The notes under the pieces are model-generated. The model did no database searches and was not told the DNA's origin. It saw only the letters and a program-made list of their open reading frames with translations. A program made the position numbers and the translations under genes. 64,000 nucleotides of DNA from Corallochytrium limacisporum Hawaii. Lineage: Eukaryota > Protista > Pluriformea. Position 1 is the stretch's first letter. Each line of letters begins with the position of its first letter. Shown here in pieces: positions 43,685-54,139 of this stretch. The stretch covers positions 67,532 to 131,531 of the forward strand of contig PDIP01000056.1 of assembly GCA_002811645.1 (NCBI GenBank). Reading direction: 5' to 3'.

Positions 43685-45661
43685 TCACTTCCATCCACTT
43701 GCAAGCCCATGATCCCCCTCGCTATTTTCTCTGTCTGCACTTTCTATTGGCGGCAACGAGGGGTCGCCCAATGAGCAGAGTGAATCATAACGACTCGTCA
43801 CAGCATTCACAGAAACCTCAGGGATGACGTAGCGGTGCCGATCCGTGCTGTCCACATGTTCGTTCGCTTCCGCTTGGAGGAACTGTTCGATGGGAATTTC
43901 TGCAATGTATGAGGCATCCGCAGCACCCATGACCTCTGCGTCAATTTCCCGCTGTAGCATGGCGAAGGTGACATGGTCCTCTATCATGCACCACCGACTG
44001 CTCATCTTGACTTGTACAAAGCTCTCCAAACAGTTGCCATCGTCTCGAGTCTCAATGTCGACCACAGTAGGTGGAGTGTCTCTGGTACCGACCACAGCTG
44101 CTTTGACAATAACCAAGAATGGTTTGCCGTATAACAACTGTACCGCGGTCTTAGCCGCCGTCCTGGAGTAAGTGTCCATCGACTCAATCATGATCCTTTC
44201 TACCAGGGCATCGATACATCTATCCTCCGCCGTCTTTAGTACCATACGTGGCACCTTGTCAAGTATTAAATGGTGAATAGCTTTGCGCTTGTTCTCCAGA
44301 TTCTCTTCCGAATCCTCACCGGCGTTGCAGGGAGGGTAGAGCGTACCACCGATCCGCAGCGTTGCCCGGGTTAGGTCCTTTTCCATTTGCATCTTCTGCT
44401 CTACGTCTGTGAGGGTGAGGTACGTCAGAGCGTTCTCCAATTCTACGGTACTGCAGCAGGCTTTCAAGGCCAGACGAGCACTGACTGGGTTGCGGTCAAA
44501 GATTGTCGGGATCTGAAACGATGGGAGATCGTCCCTGTTCGCACCCAAAGATTTGAACGTCTCTGAATATAGACGCAGATCATTCTCCACTTTGTCATGG
44601 AAGGCCCTGACTTCTGTCTCGGACATTTCCTCAAAGTCCCGGACACACAGCAAGCGGTCATAGTCTCCCGTTGTGAGTTTATACCGACTGTCGTATCTCA
44701 GCCGACTATTGGCTGTACTGGCGGTAAGCCACTGCCACGCTGCAATCCGCAGAGCCTTTGAATCAGAAGTCTGCACCATTGTATTCAAGAGATCGTTGAC
44801 TTGTGGTTCCAAGAACGCCGCTGCTGCCACATGGTAATGCAAATGGTAGTTCATAAAATCCTGTACAATAGGCTTCAGGGTCTCCTCTCTATATCGATAC
44901 GCCTGCGTGCCCTCGATCAGGATCGCCTCTCGTGCGTCTTCATAGTCCTTCTTCGCACAGGCCAGCCACTTCTGCGCCTCCACAATCTTCGGGCCCCTCT
45001 GCTCCCGTTGCTCGTCCGTAAGATTCAAATATCGATTGCACTTGTCTTGAGCTTTTTTGTGCTCACGGCGCAACGGCCTGAGGATCTCTGTGCGTTTCAG
45101 TAGTGCGTCAACCTTGACCATTTCGCTGTTTACTACACTGTCCACGGTCATCACCAGATTGGAGAGGAGCTCCTGTCTCTGCACGGCCATGTCCTGCATT
45201 GTGGCAGTTGCCCGAAGGCTGCTTTCCCAGAGCATGGTGTGGGCAAATAGATTGTTAAGACTACAGCAGACTTTGTCGTCGACTTTATCCTGCTGTTGAT
45301 AAGCTTCGCCGTAGCGCGCGACGCGATTTCGCAAGCTGGACATGTCCTCCATATACTTGTTCAGATTGATCTGCATGTTTTCCAGCTCCGGGTCGCCATA
45401 ATTGATGGGTTCCGGTGTATCCGGAGTACCAACTTTGATCGGTGATCCTGCGGTCACTGAGTTTCCGGGTGATGTATCTCGTTTTAAGGAAGTCTCGTCC
45501 CCACTGAGATCTCCAAATTTCATTTCATTCCGAGAACTTTGACGTCTTTGTGCAATTTTGGTTCGGAGGTTACCAATCATTGCCTTTCCTTTTCCTGTCA
45601 ACTTACTGCTCTTGCTGGCCAGATTACCAGAGGTTGCCATAGGATCTTCAACCTCCGACAT
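43685..45661 (-). CDS. Protein with an N-terminal BAR-like helical domain and an unrecognised C-terminal domain
   Basis: ~660-aa ORF from the ATG at 45661. Amphiphysin-like pattern DPE...; K..EA...L..AK.DYE.....I; F...H..Y. C-terminal half unassigned. Confidence 0.6.
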   Translation of the reverse strand: MSEVEDPMATSGNLASKSSKLTGKGKAMIGNLRTKIAQRRQSSRNEMKFGDLSGDETSLKRDTSPGNSVTAGSPIKVGTPDTPEPINYGDPELENMQINLNKYMEDMSSLRNRVARYGEAYQQQDKVDDKVCCSLNNLFAHTMLWESSLRATATMQDMAVQRQELLSNLVMTVDSVVNSEMVKVDALLKRTEILRPLRREHKKAQDKCNRYLNLTDEQREQRGPKIVEAQKWLACAKKDYEDAREAILIEGTQAYRYREETLKPIVQDFMNYHLHYHVAAAAFLEPQVNDLLNTMVQTSDSKALRIAAWQWLTASTANSRLRYDSRYKLTTGDYDRLLCVRDFEEMSETEVRAFHDKVENDLRLYSETFKSLGANRDDLPSFQIPTIFDRNPVSARLALKACCSTVELENALTYLTLTDVEQKMQMEKDLTRATLRIGGTLYPPCNAGEDSEENLENKRKAIHHLILDKVPRMVLKTAEDRCIDALVERIMIESMDTYSRTAAKTAVQLLYGKPFLVIVKAAVVGTRDTPPTVVDIETRDDGNCLESFVQVKMSSRWCMIEDHVTFAMLQREIDAEVMGAADASYIAEIPIEQFLQAEANEHVDSTDRHRYVIPEVSVNAVTSRYDSLCSLGDPSLPPIESADRENSEGDHGLASGWK

Positions 45662-46247
45662 GGTGGTTAAACCAAACCAATAACCAAACCCCAGATGGAA
45701 ACCAATATCCAGTCTGGGCAAACCCAGGTCATTCTAACTTGTCTCCCAATTCATGTGCAAAGGGTCCGCTGCGAATTCATTCAGCTCCACACACAACTTT
45801 TGAACAAGCAACCCCATTATCAGTGGAACCGTGTTCGTAAAGTAGCATGATTCGGCACTCGAGAGCGTGTTCCACATGTCCCAGGCGCTGCATATGTTCT
45901 CTTCGCCGATTCCAACGCGCCTTGAGATTGCTCTCTAAAGGAGGGACCCCGGTTTCCAACAGATCCCACCCCGTCCGTACGGAACAAGGAGGGAGAATAG
46001 CCGAGCAGGGAGGGGCAAGAGTTGACCAGATACTCCTTGATTCTTACCTAGTGCTATGCATACCTTTATATTGCTATTTCAGTCTGTTGACTCTGTTGTT
46101 CAGTGCCACATACGTATTGAAGGAAGAGGAAATGTCAATTTACCGTTACAGTATCCCTTGGCGTCGCAGAAGTCCTCCATGGACGGCAGGATTTCGTGCA
46201 AAAACTCCAAACTTTACTGTCTTTGATTGAACAGTTCTAGTCTCAGT

Positions 46248-49200
46248 CTAGTTGTCGGCTTCGTCAACAGGGTCCTGCTCCATCGCATCAGCCTGTGTCT
46301 CACCTTCGGCGGCGGATGGTTTCTGTTCTTGAGCGGACTGCTGTTCCTGAGTAGACTGTGGCTCTTCTTGATTGGGCCGGTGTTCTTGTTCCTGTTTCTT
46401 CTGCTGTTCTTCAACCCACTTTTCTGCCATCTCCGGGCCTGGCATATCCGGACTCGGTTGGTCCGGGTTGGTGGGATCTTTGATAACCATCATGGCGCTT
46501 TCCTCTTCTAGTTTTTCCTCCTCCTGCTCGTCTTCATCTTCGTCAATATCATCATTGTCGATTTCATGTAGAAGTTCATTCTCATAGGCAGATAGAGAAG
46601 GGTCGACGATCCGCATGACGTGATCCACGGGAATGAAGGCACCCTTCGGCTTGAATTCAGTCTCGTAGCGACAGTCTGCGCAGACAAACAGCTCTAGATG
46701 CTTAGCACCCGGGTCGCAGGACTTGTGCGCGTACTGTTCGCATTGGGTGCACTGCAGGTACGGAGTGCTCTCGTCGTCTTTCAATCGCTGCACCTCCCCC
46801 ATGTCGTAGGTTCTGCAGCAGATACGGCAATAGTGCATCTTGCGGAACTGGTCGGCACAATCCTCACAGAAGAGTCTGTAAGTTTCTCCATCGCAGGTCT
46901 GGTTGATGGGCATCTTGATCTTAACCTTCTGCACCACCTTGCGACCGGAGCCGTCAGCAATGTCTGCTCCGTCGGCGAGAGCAGGGGCTGTCTCCGTGGC
47001 CTCGGGCTGCTGGTGTTGCGGCTTCTCGTTATTCTCCCCAGTGCCTTCAGCACCGTCAGCGGTTGCAATGACAGTGAATTGTTTACCGCAAGAGTAGCAT
47101 TTGGCAGAGCACTGGGGGCAGATGAAGTGGTCCGGCACGCCATCTTCCGGGTCAATCTTCTCCACTTCTTCCTTTCGGAGGCAACTCAGGTGATACCCAC
47201 GATCGCACGAGCGACACAGGAACATGCTGTCTGCGTTCTGGCCACGCATGCAGACTGAACACACTTTGCAGCGACTGCATTGCCAGCGGTAGTCACGTAT
47301 GTTGGGTACGAGACTGGCTTCCATGAGCATGCACGTCGGATGCGCGTACATTTTGCACTCAGAGCAACGCACGATGCGCTCGGGTATGCCGAAGCGATTG
47401 CCAACTGTGGATTGACCACACTTTGCGCATGAAACAAATTTCTTAATCTTTGGATCAGGTTGCATCTTGGGAGGTACATTGAAGTCCTGCTCATCGATTT
47501 CTTCGTCTGCGATTTGCAGTGTTGTAGGCCTCTTAGTCACGTCGCCAAAATCAGCACTGGAGAGGATCTCATGCCGGCGAAGGGCTGAGCGACGCCAGCG
47601 CTCAAAGTACTCCAGAGTGGCATCGTGGTCCGGTGCCATCTTCGGCGGCACCTTCTTCTTGTCCTCTTCCTCGGATTCTTCATCGACAGCAATTGCATAC
47701 GTCTGATCAACCACCTCATCATTGGTCTCTGCCCGTGTGAGTTTGCGGTACTTGCCAAAATACACACTCTCCACCGCAGGGGCATGCAAACGCACGCCAA
47801 GTCCGACCAGGGTTTCCAGGGCATTGTTCTGATACTGTTTGGGTAGCAGAGCTGCATAGTGTTTTGCATCTCTGGCTTGTTCCAAGGACTGTTGCTCCGC
47901 TTCCTTCACTTGTTTCTTCTCTGATACCACTACAGTATTTGCGTTCTCTTTTGTTTCCTGATCGACAATCTCCGGGACATCCTCTGGTTTGATGATGGTG
48001 TTGATAAGTTGGTGGCGAGGGTATCTGCCAGGGAAGTGGAAGGCACGGGTCATTGGGTCAAAACCATGGGTGCGATCAATGCCACGAATGATACCAAGTT
48101 TGGCATTGTACTCGACCGCCGTATTGATGGCCTGGACCATGTTTTGACGTCTGGTGGATTCATGTCCTTTGCGTGGCCGTCCGATGCCACGGCCTCCAGT
48201 ATCCGATTCTTCTTCATCGTCCAGGAACTTTAATTGTCCAAGAACCTGTGCAGCGATGGCCTCCACGCGAGCACTCTCCATTCGTTCACGATCCATAGCT
48301 TCGTCATACTCACGTTGATCACGGAACCCGCGCCTTCCAGAGCGCCGAGGACGATCTGTGCTCGTTGTGACGCCCAAGGACAGAGACCCGGTACCGATGC
48401 GAATGCGTGGAGTGGTGTAACTCGTCTGAGGGAGGATATCAGAACTCAGGAAGGCATCGAAACGTCTGCGAGGTGGGCCCTTCGGTGTGATTGGCCGGTT
48501 CGGCTTAGTATGCGCCTCCTCGGGCAGTTGCTGCGGCTTGCGCATAGCCTCATGTCGAGTCGGAAGCGATCCTTTGCCATTCCTAGCGTACTCCTCCAGT
48601 TCAGGATGTTCGTTCTGAATAATGTTAACTACATCGTCCGCGTAGAAAATCAAAATACGATTCGTGCGCCATGCCTTCCTGCGCACTACACCAATGTCAA
48701 ACAGGTATGCCTTCTCAGGAATTTCAGCTTCTCGCCAACGCAAATGTGGAAAAGTCATGACAATCGAATTGGTCTGTAGGATGCGACGCAAGGTGGTACC
48801 CACGATCCATTTCCGACCGGCCTGGTCCTTCCAGCAAAACATATGTTCACTGCGCCACTCGTTGTTGAAATCATCGTCCGGTACTAGAGGGATTTGTTCC
48901 TCATTAATGGCGGGCGCCCCAATCTTGCCCTCTGGAATGTAAGCAGGCCGACGTACAAATCCATCCGATCCAACAATGGTACCATCTGGACCAACATTTC
49001 CCAACGCTGGATTCAACTCAAATCTGCTAGATGACGCTGTGGTCATATCCATTGGAACGTCGTCCATCGGGTCGGCGATAGAGCTCTCCACTTTAGCCAC
49101 CTGCGTTGCTGGCTGAGCAGGAGGTGGCTGCTGTGGTGGGACCCGAGCCTTAAGAATCGATGAGCGCGGTGTCGAACTAACTGACGCCTTCGTCTTTTCC

Positions 49201-49667
49201 CGAGGTGTATCCTCGTCAGGTTCCTCTGGTGCGAGTTTTAATCGCACGGTTTTCTGTGACCGCGGCGTCTCCTCACTATTGCTGGCAACAGAGTCCCGAC
49301 GACTGGCCGGTCTCATTGCACGCTTTCGCTTTGGAGCTTCCATGGGAGTGACTGTCTCTACCACAGCGTCCTCCTCCGGTTGGCGACGCTTTAGATTGGA
49401 CCGGGAGCTAATCCGGGGGGTGGAGGACTCTTCACTTGCCGGTGCAGACGACCGTGAACTGCGACGCAGAGACTTTGGTTCTGTCTGCGGTTCTGCTGCC
49501 TTAGTGCGGGAAGATCTCCGCCCAGTACTGGGAGGCTCTGCAACGTTCTGCTCACCACCGTTCTTGGATCTCCTTGCGCTGCTACGCGGTTGTGCCGTGG
49601 CTTCGCCATTTTCTACGGCGTCGTCGGCAGCAGATGACGCGCGGCGTGACGACCGCCGAAGTGACAT
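46248..49667 (-). CDS. PHF10: PHF10/BAF45a/SAYP-like PBAF subunit with additional PHD fingers
   Basis: SAY-domain-like blocks FPHLRWREAEIPEKAYL, AVEYNAKL...R...FDPMT and ALLPKQYQ; double PHD C.EC...AHPTC...Y.WQC..CK.C.VC...MFLC..CDRGYH..CL; further Cys/His clusters follow. Confidence 0.8.
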   Translation of the reverse strand: MSLRRSSRRASSAADDAVENGEATAQPRSSARRSKNGGEQNVAEPPSTGRRSSRTKAAEPQTEPKSLRRSSRSSAPASEESSTPRISSRSNLKRRQPEEDAVVETVTPMEAPKRKRAMRPASRRDSVASNSEETPRSQKTVRLKLAPEEPDEDTPREKTKASVSSTPRSSILKARVPPQQPPPAQPATQVAKVESSIADPMDDVPMDMTTASSSRFELNPALGNVGPDGTIVGSDGFVRRPAYIPEGKIGAPAINEEQIPLVPDDDFNNEWRSEHMFCWKDQAGRKWIVGTTLRRILQTNSIVMTFPHLRWREAEIPEKAYLFDIGVVRRKAWRTNRILIFYADDVVNIIQNEHPELEEYARNGKGSLPTRHEAMRKPQQLPEEAHTKPNRPITPKGPPRRRFDAFLSSDILPQTSYTTPRIRIGTGSLSLGVTTSTDRPRRSGRRGFRDQREYDEAMDRERMESARVEAIAAQVLGQLKFLDDEEESDTGGRGIGRPRKGHESTRRQNMVQAINTAVEYNAKLGIIRGIDRTHGFDPMTRAFHFPGRYPRHQLINTIIKPEDVPEIVDQETKENANTVVVSEKKQVKEAEQQSLEQARDAKHYAALLPKQYQNNALETLVGLGVRLHAPAVESVYFGKYRKLTRAETNDEVVDQTYAIAVDEESEEEDKKKVPPKMAPDHDATLEYFERWRRSALRRHEILSSADFGDVTKRPTTLQIADEEIDEQDFNVPPKMQPDPKIKKFVSCAKCGQSTVGNRFGIPERIVRCSECKMYAHPTCMLMEASLVPNIRDYRWQCSRCKVCSVCMRGQNADSMFLCRSCDRGYHLSCLRKEEVEKIDPEDGVPDHFICPQCSAKCYSCGKQFTVIATADGAEGTGENNEKPQHQQPEATETAPALADGADIADGSGRKVVQKVKIKMPINQTCDGETYRLFCEDCADQFRKMHYCRICCRTYDMGEVQRLKDDESTPYLQCTQCEQYAHKSCDPGAKHLELFVCADCRYETEFKPKGAFIPVDHVMRIVDPSLSAYENELLHEIDNDDIDEDEDEQEEEKLEEESAMMVIKDPTNPDQPSPDMPGPEMAEKWVEEQQKKQEQEHRPNQEEPQSTQEQQSAQEQKPSAAEGETQADAMEQDPVDEADN

Positions 49668-50522
49668 GATATGTTCAAGGAATTGCTTTTTATTCCCAGA
49701 TATTATTATATATCAACCACAATACCCATGGTGCTCTACATTACAGGAGATGTTAAAAACTATTACAACCCCGATTGTTCCAGAATCCGATATTCCTTAT
49801 CACTTCGTAGTAGGAAAGGGACCGCCTACGCTCCCAGTACTCAACATCGACATAAATACCTCACATTTCACTACATGAATGTTCAAATGATCATACTCTT
49901 TGCCACAACCGCCAGCAAGCGGTTGAGAATGCAACTATGAAGGTAACACTGAGACCTCCGTTTAAGATTTTCCCGGCGAATTTTTCAATTTTTCTCTCCC
50001 CCTCGGCCATCTGACCTGCCTACCTCCCTGTTTCCCCTCCCCCTCTACCCTCACCCGCCACAGTGAAAACAACGCTCTGCTTGGCCACACAGTACTTTCA
50101 GTATCGACCCCATGCGGGGCGGCATTGTGTGGCCTGGGAGAGGAGAAGGGGGGGAGGCCGAACAGCCACAAGGAGCGCACAAAAAATTGATCCTGCACCT
50201 GAACACGGTTGGGGACCCGTGCTGGAACTTTCGCGCGCCCCGCCGGGAGGGATATTGCGAACATCGGAGCCCCAATCGGATCCAGTGGAGTACAGTGGCG
50301 ATCACTGCCAAGGGAAGACAATCAGAGCTGCATTGAAGAGAAGCCATGGGATGAGGCAGACGACAGATATTTTGTGTGAAAGGCCAACAAAACCACAATA
50401 GCCATACATTGTATGTTGTTTGTAGATGGGTTTATGCTTCAAATTATGTGAAAGTAAGATGTGAAAGGAAAGCAGGATGGTGCACCGGAGCAGCTCAAAA
50501 CGAACGCTCCACACCGAGGTCA

Positions 50523-50610
50523 GAGTCTTCGGTCAGGCATCAATCTACAGAGGTGGTGATATGAATAATTCACCAGAATTTTCTCTGTCGCCGTCATAAT
50601 ATGAAACTCC
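50523..50610 (-). promoter_or_regulatory. SECIS element (type II) in the thioredoxin reductase 3' UTR
   Basis: Minus strand: GAGUUUC..AUGAC-GGCGACAGAG-AAAA-UUC-UGGUGA(loop)UCACCA-C-CUCUGUAGAU-UGAU..GAAGACUC. This gives the AUGA/GA core, unpaired As and an apical mini-stem. Confidence 0.85.
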
Positions 50611-50666
50611 AAAGGACTTCCGGAAGAACTCTTGGTCTTGCTCAGCTAGTGCACGACATCCCATAC

Positions 50667-50699
50667 GCCCTTACGCTCTACAAGTGAGAACGTAAGGGC
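50667..50699 (-). promoter_or_regulatory. 13-bp stem-loop 6 nt after the Sec UGA (candidate Sec redefinition element)
   Basis: GCCCUUACGUUCU-CACUUGU-AGAGCGUAAGGGC; its one G-U pair forms only on the coding strand. Confidence 0.55.
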
Positions 50700-52322
50700 T
50701 TAACCTCAGCAACCTGTCACAGAAATGTCAGCACCAGATCTCTTCGTGAGCTCCATGGTGGTGAACCATTCTGCATTAGTGGGGTGGATACCGACCAGGT
50801 CATCAAGGTGTTCCTTTGTGCCGCCCAGGATGAGTGTCATACCGAAACCTTGGATAACCTCTCCGGCGTTGGGTCCGAGGAAATGCATACCTACGATGCG
50901 CTCATTTTCGGGCAGAAGGGTTATCACTTTCATGTAGCATTGGTTATCAGGTTTCTTCGGGACTGTATACTCCAAAGGCTTAAAGTATGTGTGATAAACC
51001 TCAATGTTGTCCTCACCGTACTTGGCGATGGCATCCTCTTCGGCTAAACCAACACATCCATATTCAATCGGTGTGAAGACAGTAGTGGGTACATGACCGT
51101 AGTTCATACGTTTTTTGCTCTTGCCAAACAGACGTTGAACCAGAAGGCGACCAGCTTTGATAGCCACCGGGGTCAACTCGAGCTGGCCCACAATAACATC
51201 TCCAATTGCGTAGATGTTGTCCACATTGGTACGCTCTTCGGAGTCGACGGCAATCTTTCCGGACTTGGCAGTGTACTCTACACCAGCCTTCTCTAGGCCA
51301 AGTTTGTCGGTGTCTGCCTTACGACCGATGGCGAACAGCACAGTGTTGCACTTAATGCTGTCCGCCATAGCGTCAGCACCAGCGTTTGTCTCCTTGTAGA
51401 AGACTTCCAGGTCTTTCTCACCATGGGACTGAACCTCTGTCGGCACATATCCACGCAGGAACTTTACACCATGTTCAATCATATAAGCGGTGATCTGTTC
51501 AGCAATTTGCTGATCAAACCCACGAAGAGGAATACTGCGCATAATGACCGTCACATCGAGACCGAGACCGGCCAGGAAACCCGCACATTCGAGAGCAACG
51601 TACGAGGCACCTACGACAACAGTTTTACCGGGAGATTCCACCAGAGAGAATAGGTCATCGGATGAAATACCGTACTCTGTGGCTCCAGGAATGTCAGGAT
51701 ACGTGGGGCGACCACCGACAGCGATCAAAATCTTGTCAGCTGTGATGGTTTGCTCTTTCCTGCGGAACTTTGCATGTACGGTATGTGCGTCGATGAAACT
51801 TCCGTAGGCGTTCATGTACTCAATCTTGCGGGTCCGTAAAGCAACGCGATAGCCCCAGTTCAGGCTCATAATGTGGTCTTGAACATTCTGTACCATATCT
51901 TCCCAAGAGTGGCTTATTTTCTCCTGATCCGCAAACTTCCAGCCGAACCTTGGGGCATCCTCCTTGGCCAGCTCTCCCAGCAGAGATGCTTGGTGCATGA
52001 GCTTTTTAGGGATGCAGCCGACGTTTACACAAGTACCACCAAGGCCCCAAGACGTTCCCTGTGGAGTGGGGGTCACGAAGTCTAACAGAGCAACCTTGGC
52101 ACCCAAGTCCGCAGCCTTCTTACCCGCTGCTAAACCACCGGAACCACCTCCAATCACAATAAGGTCATAGTCGTAGCCGTGAGGCAGCCTCTCTACCGTA
52201 CCATTGGTGGCTTCCCCATTGGCGACACTTCCATTTGCGGCACCGTTGCCGAAAGAGATTGGAACAGCTGCCATTCCGTGACTGTTCTGTACACTTCGTC
52301 GCTTTTGTGGACTCTCCTCCAT
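50700..52322 (-). CDS. TXNRD: High-Mr thioredoxin reductase, selenoprotein (C-terminal Gly-Cys-Sec-Gly)
   Basis: GGGSGG, CVNVGC and HPT.AE motifs. Ends GGT TGC TGA GGT TAA: the UGA at 50708-50706 is Sec and the true stop is at 50702-50700. First ATG at 52322. Confidence 0.97.
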
Positions 52323-54139
52323 GCCAGAATTAGCGCCCTTCACCGACCAATCCGGGATGTCTATCTATTCGTTACATGTGTCAAATACCTAGGAAGGCAT
52401 GTCATTGTACTGTTATAACAAGTTGTGTTTACATTGGCCCGCACACACGCACACACACACATACACATCTCGGCCACAGTGAGCTGGTGGCAGTTCCAAT
52501 GTTGGCACTGAACATATTACAAAAATGTTACCCTCAGAGGTCCTACTGTACATTGGGACGATGGCCTGTCCGCATGCAGTCTTTATCATCCCTCGCCCGA
52601 GATAACACGGGGACATGGCGTCAAATACATCAGAAACCGAAGATGGTATGATCAACTCTTCCTTTCCTGTCATTCGCACTCTAAATACTGGCAGTTTGAT
52701 TTTTTTTCTCTTGTTCCCGAGTGTTCGGCCTTTTTTCCCCTCTCGGGGGGGTGTGTCCCTGCATCAACAACCGTCACGCTCTCTGATGGGCCCAGCTCAT
52801 ATCGATGCACATAATGAGCGACCAATCTTGTGCTTGGCTGGCCCGCTCGATTGGGTTGTGGACAGGCGATGGGGAGGACGGGTATAGTAACAAAGTTGTG
52901 GGGCCCCTGGTAATGGCGCGAAGAGATGCTGTTAGAGGCTTGGGGACGGTTCATTTGCTTGGTTGATCTGCCGCCGATCGGTGTGTGGTACATTTACATC
53001 CTCTCTTCGCACTCGACGTAAGAGGCACCGAGACAGGAACGTCCAAGGGGATGGATCTGCGATATGGGTTGGGGGCTTAAGCAGCCGGAAATAGCACACG
53101 AGGCCGAAGTAAATTGCTGGCCGTAGACGACGCGCAGCAGGCAAACCCCTGTACTGAGGTGAGGCGTCGGGAGTAAGTAAAGCAGTGTTCCTGTTCATAC
53201 CCAATATATAGGTCACAAATGCAACTGTAATCGCTCTATTAACCAGGAACTCTTCTGAGCGGAGATTAAAGCAACGATGGAAGGACAGTAGCAAATTTTT
53301 ATCAAGGGGTGATGATACTACTGGTTTCGAATCACAGTGCAGGTTACCCCACTAGACTGCCGTTCAATCGACATGCTCGCTGGGGTTCATTTTCGCAAAT
53401 CTCCGTATAAATTAACAGAGTCGGTGCAGTGGCCACAGGAGCCAGGCGAATTGCTGATTCGGGCAAGGATGCATGATTTGCGCAGTCGTTCAAAGAAGTC
53501 TTCTGCATCACTGAGTCCTTTCCATACTTCGCCGATACTAAGCCCAATAATTGGGCGAGTGATATGGTACCTCCCAGTCTCGCCCTCGACTACCGCACCG
53601 AGAGCCATAGCCTTATGGCCCCCTTTTCTTTCACACACAGAAGCCCTCGAACACTGCGCGCTCTTGGCTGTTTCTATTAAGACCGAGGCCTTAGAGTTGG
53701 TGAGGCGGGAGGTCGACCCGTTGGTGAGAAAGGGAAATCCCCCTCCTCGGCACAGGGGCCCCCCCCCTTCGTCTTCGAGGTCGGGGAGGGGCGCCGAACG
53801 AGAACGAATTTGGCCTCAGATAGGAACAAAGCACGAGAATAGTACACTTTGGAGCTATAGCGTCCAGCCCGGGAAGGCGATATGAGCGATGACCCTAGTG
53901 GGTTTCCTACCTAGGAGTATGGACAAAATGAAGCAAATTGACAGGCGCGGTCATAACGCGAGTACTGCTATGTGCTATTCCTAGGTGATGCTGGTATGTG
54001 AAGCTTGATTCTAAAGCAACGCAGCCAGTCCGCCTAATAAAAAAATCTAAATACAGACACGAGCTGAGACAATTCTTATGAGACTGGCAGGGGCAAGAAA
54101 AGAGGGAAGCGAGAATCAAACCTAGAACCAATCTGAACT

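Noticed and set aside
53071-53080. GGGGCUUA as RNase MRP CR-V
   Set aside because: No matching CR-I (GAAAGUCCCC-like) found upstream.
53320-53335. GTTTCGAATC as a tRNA T-loop
   Set aside because: No cloverleaf can be built around it; I found no tRNA or rRNA gene in the window.
53337-53885. 182-aa intergenic ORF (similarly 26815-27276 and 9705-10151)
   Set aside because: Non-ATG starts, run through G/C-rich promoter tracts, and show no protein-like features.
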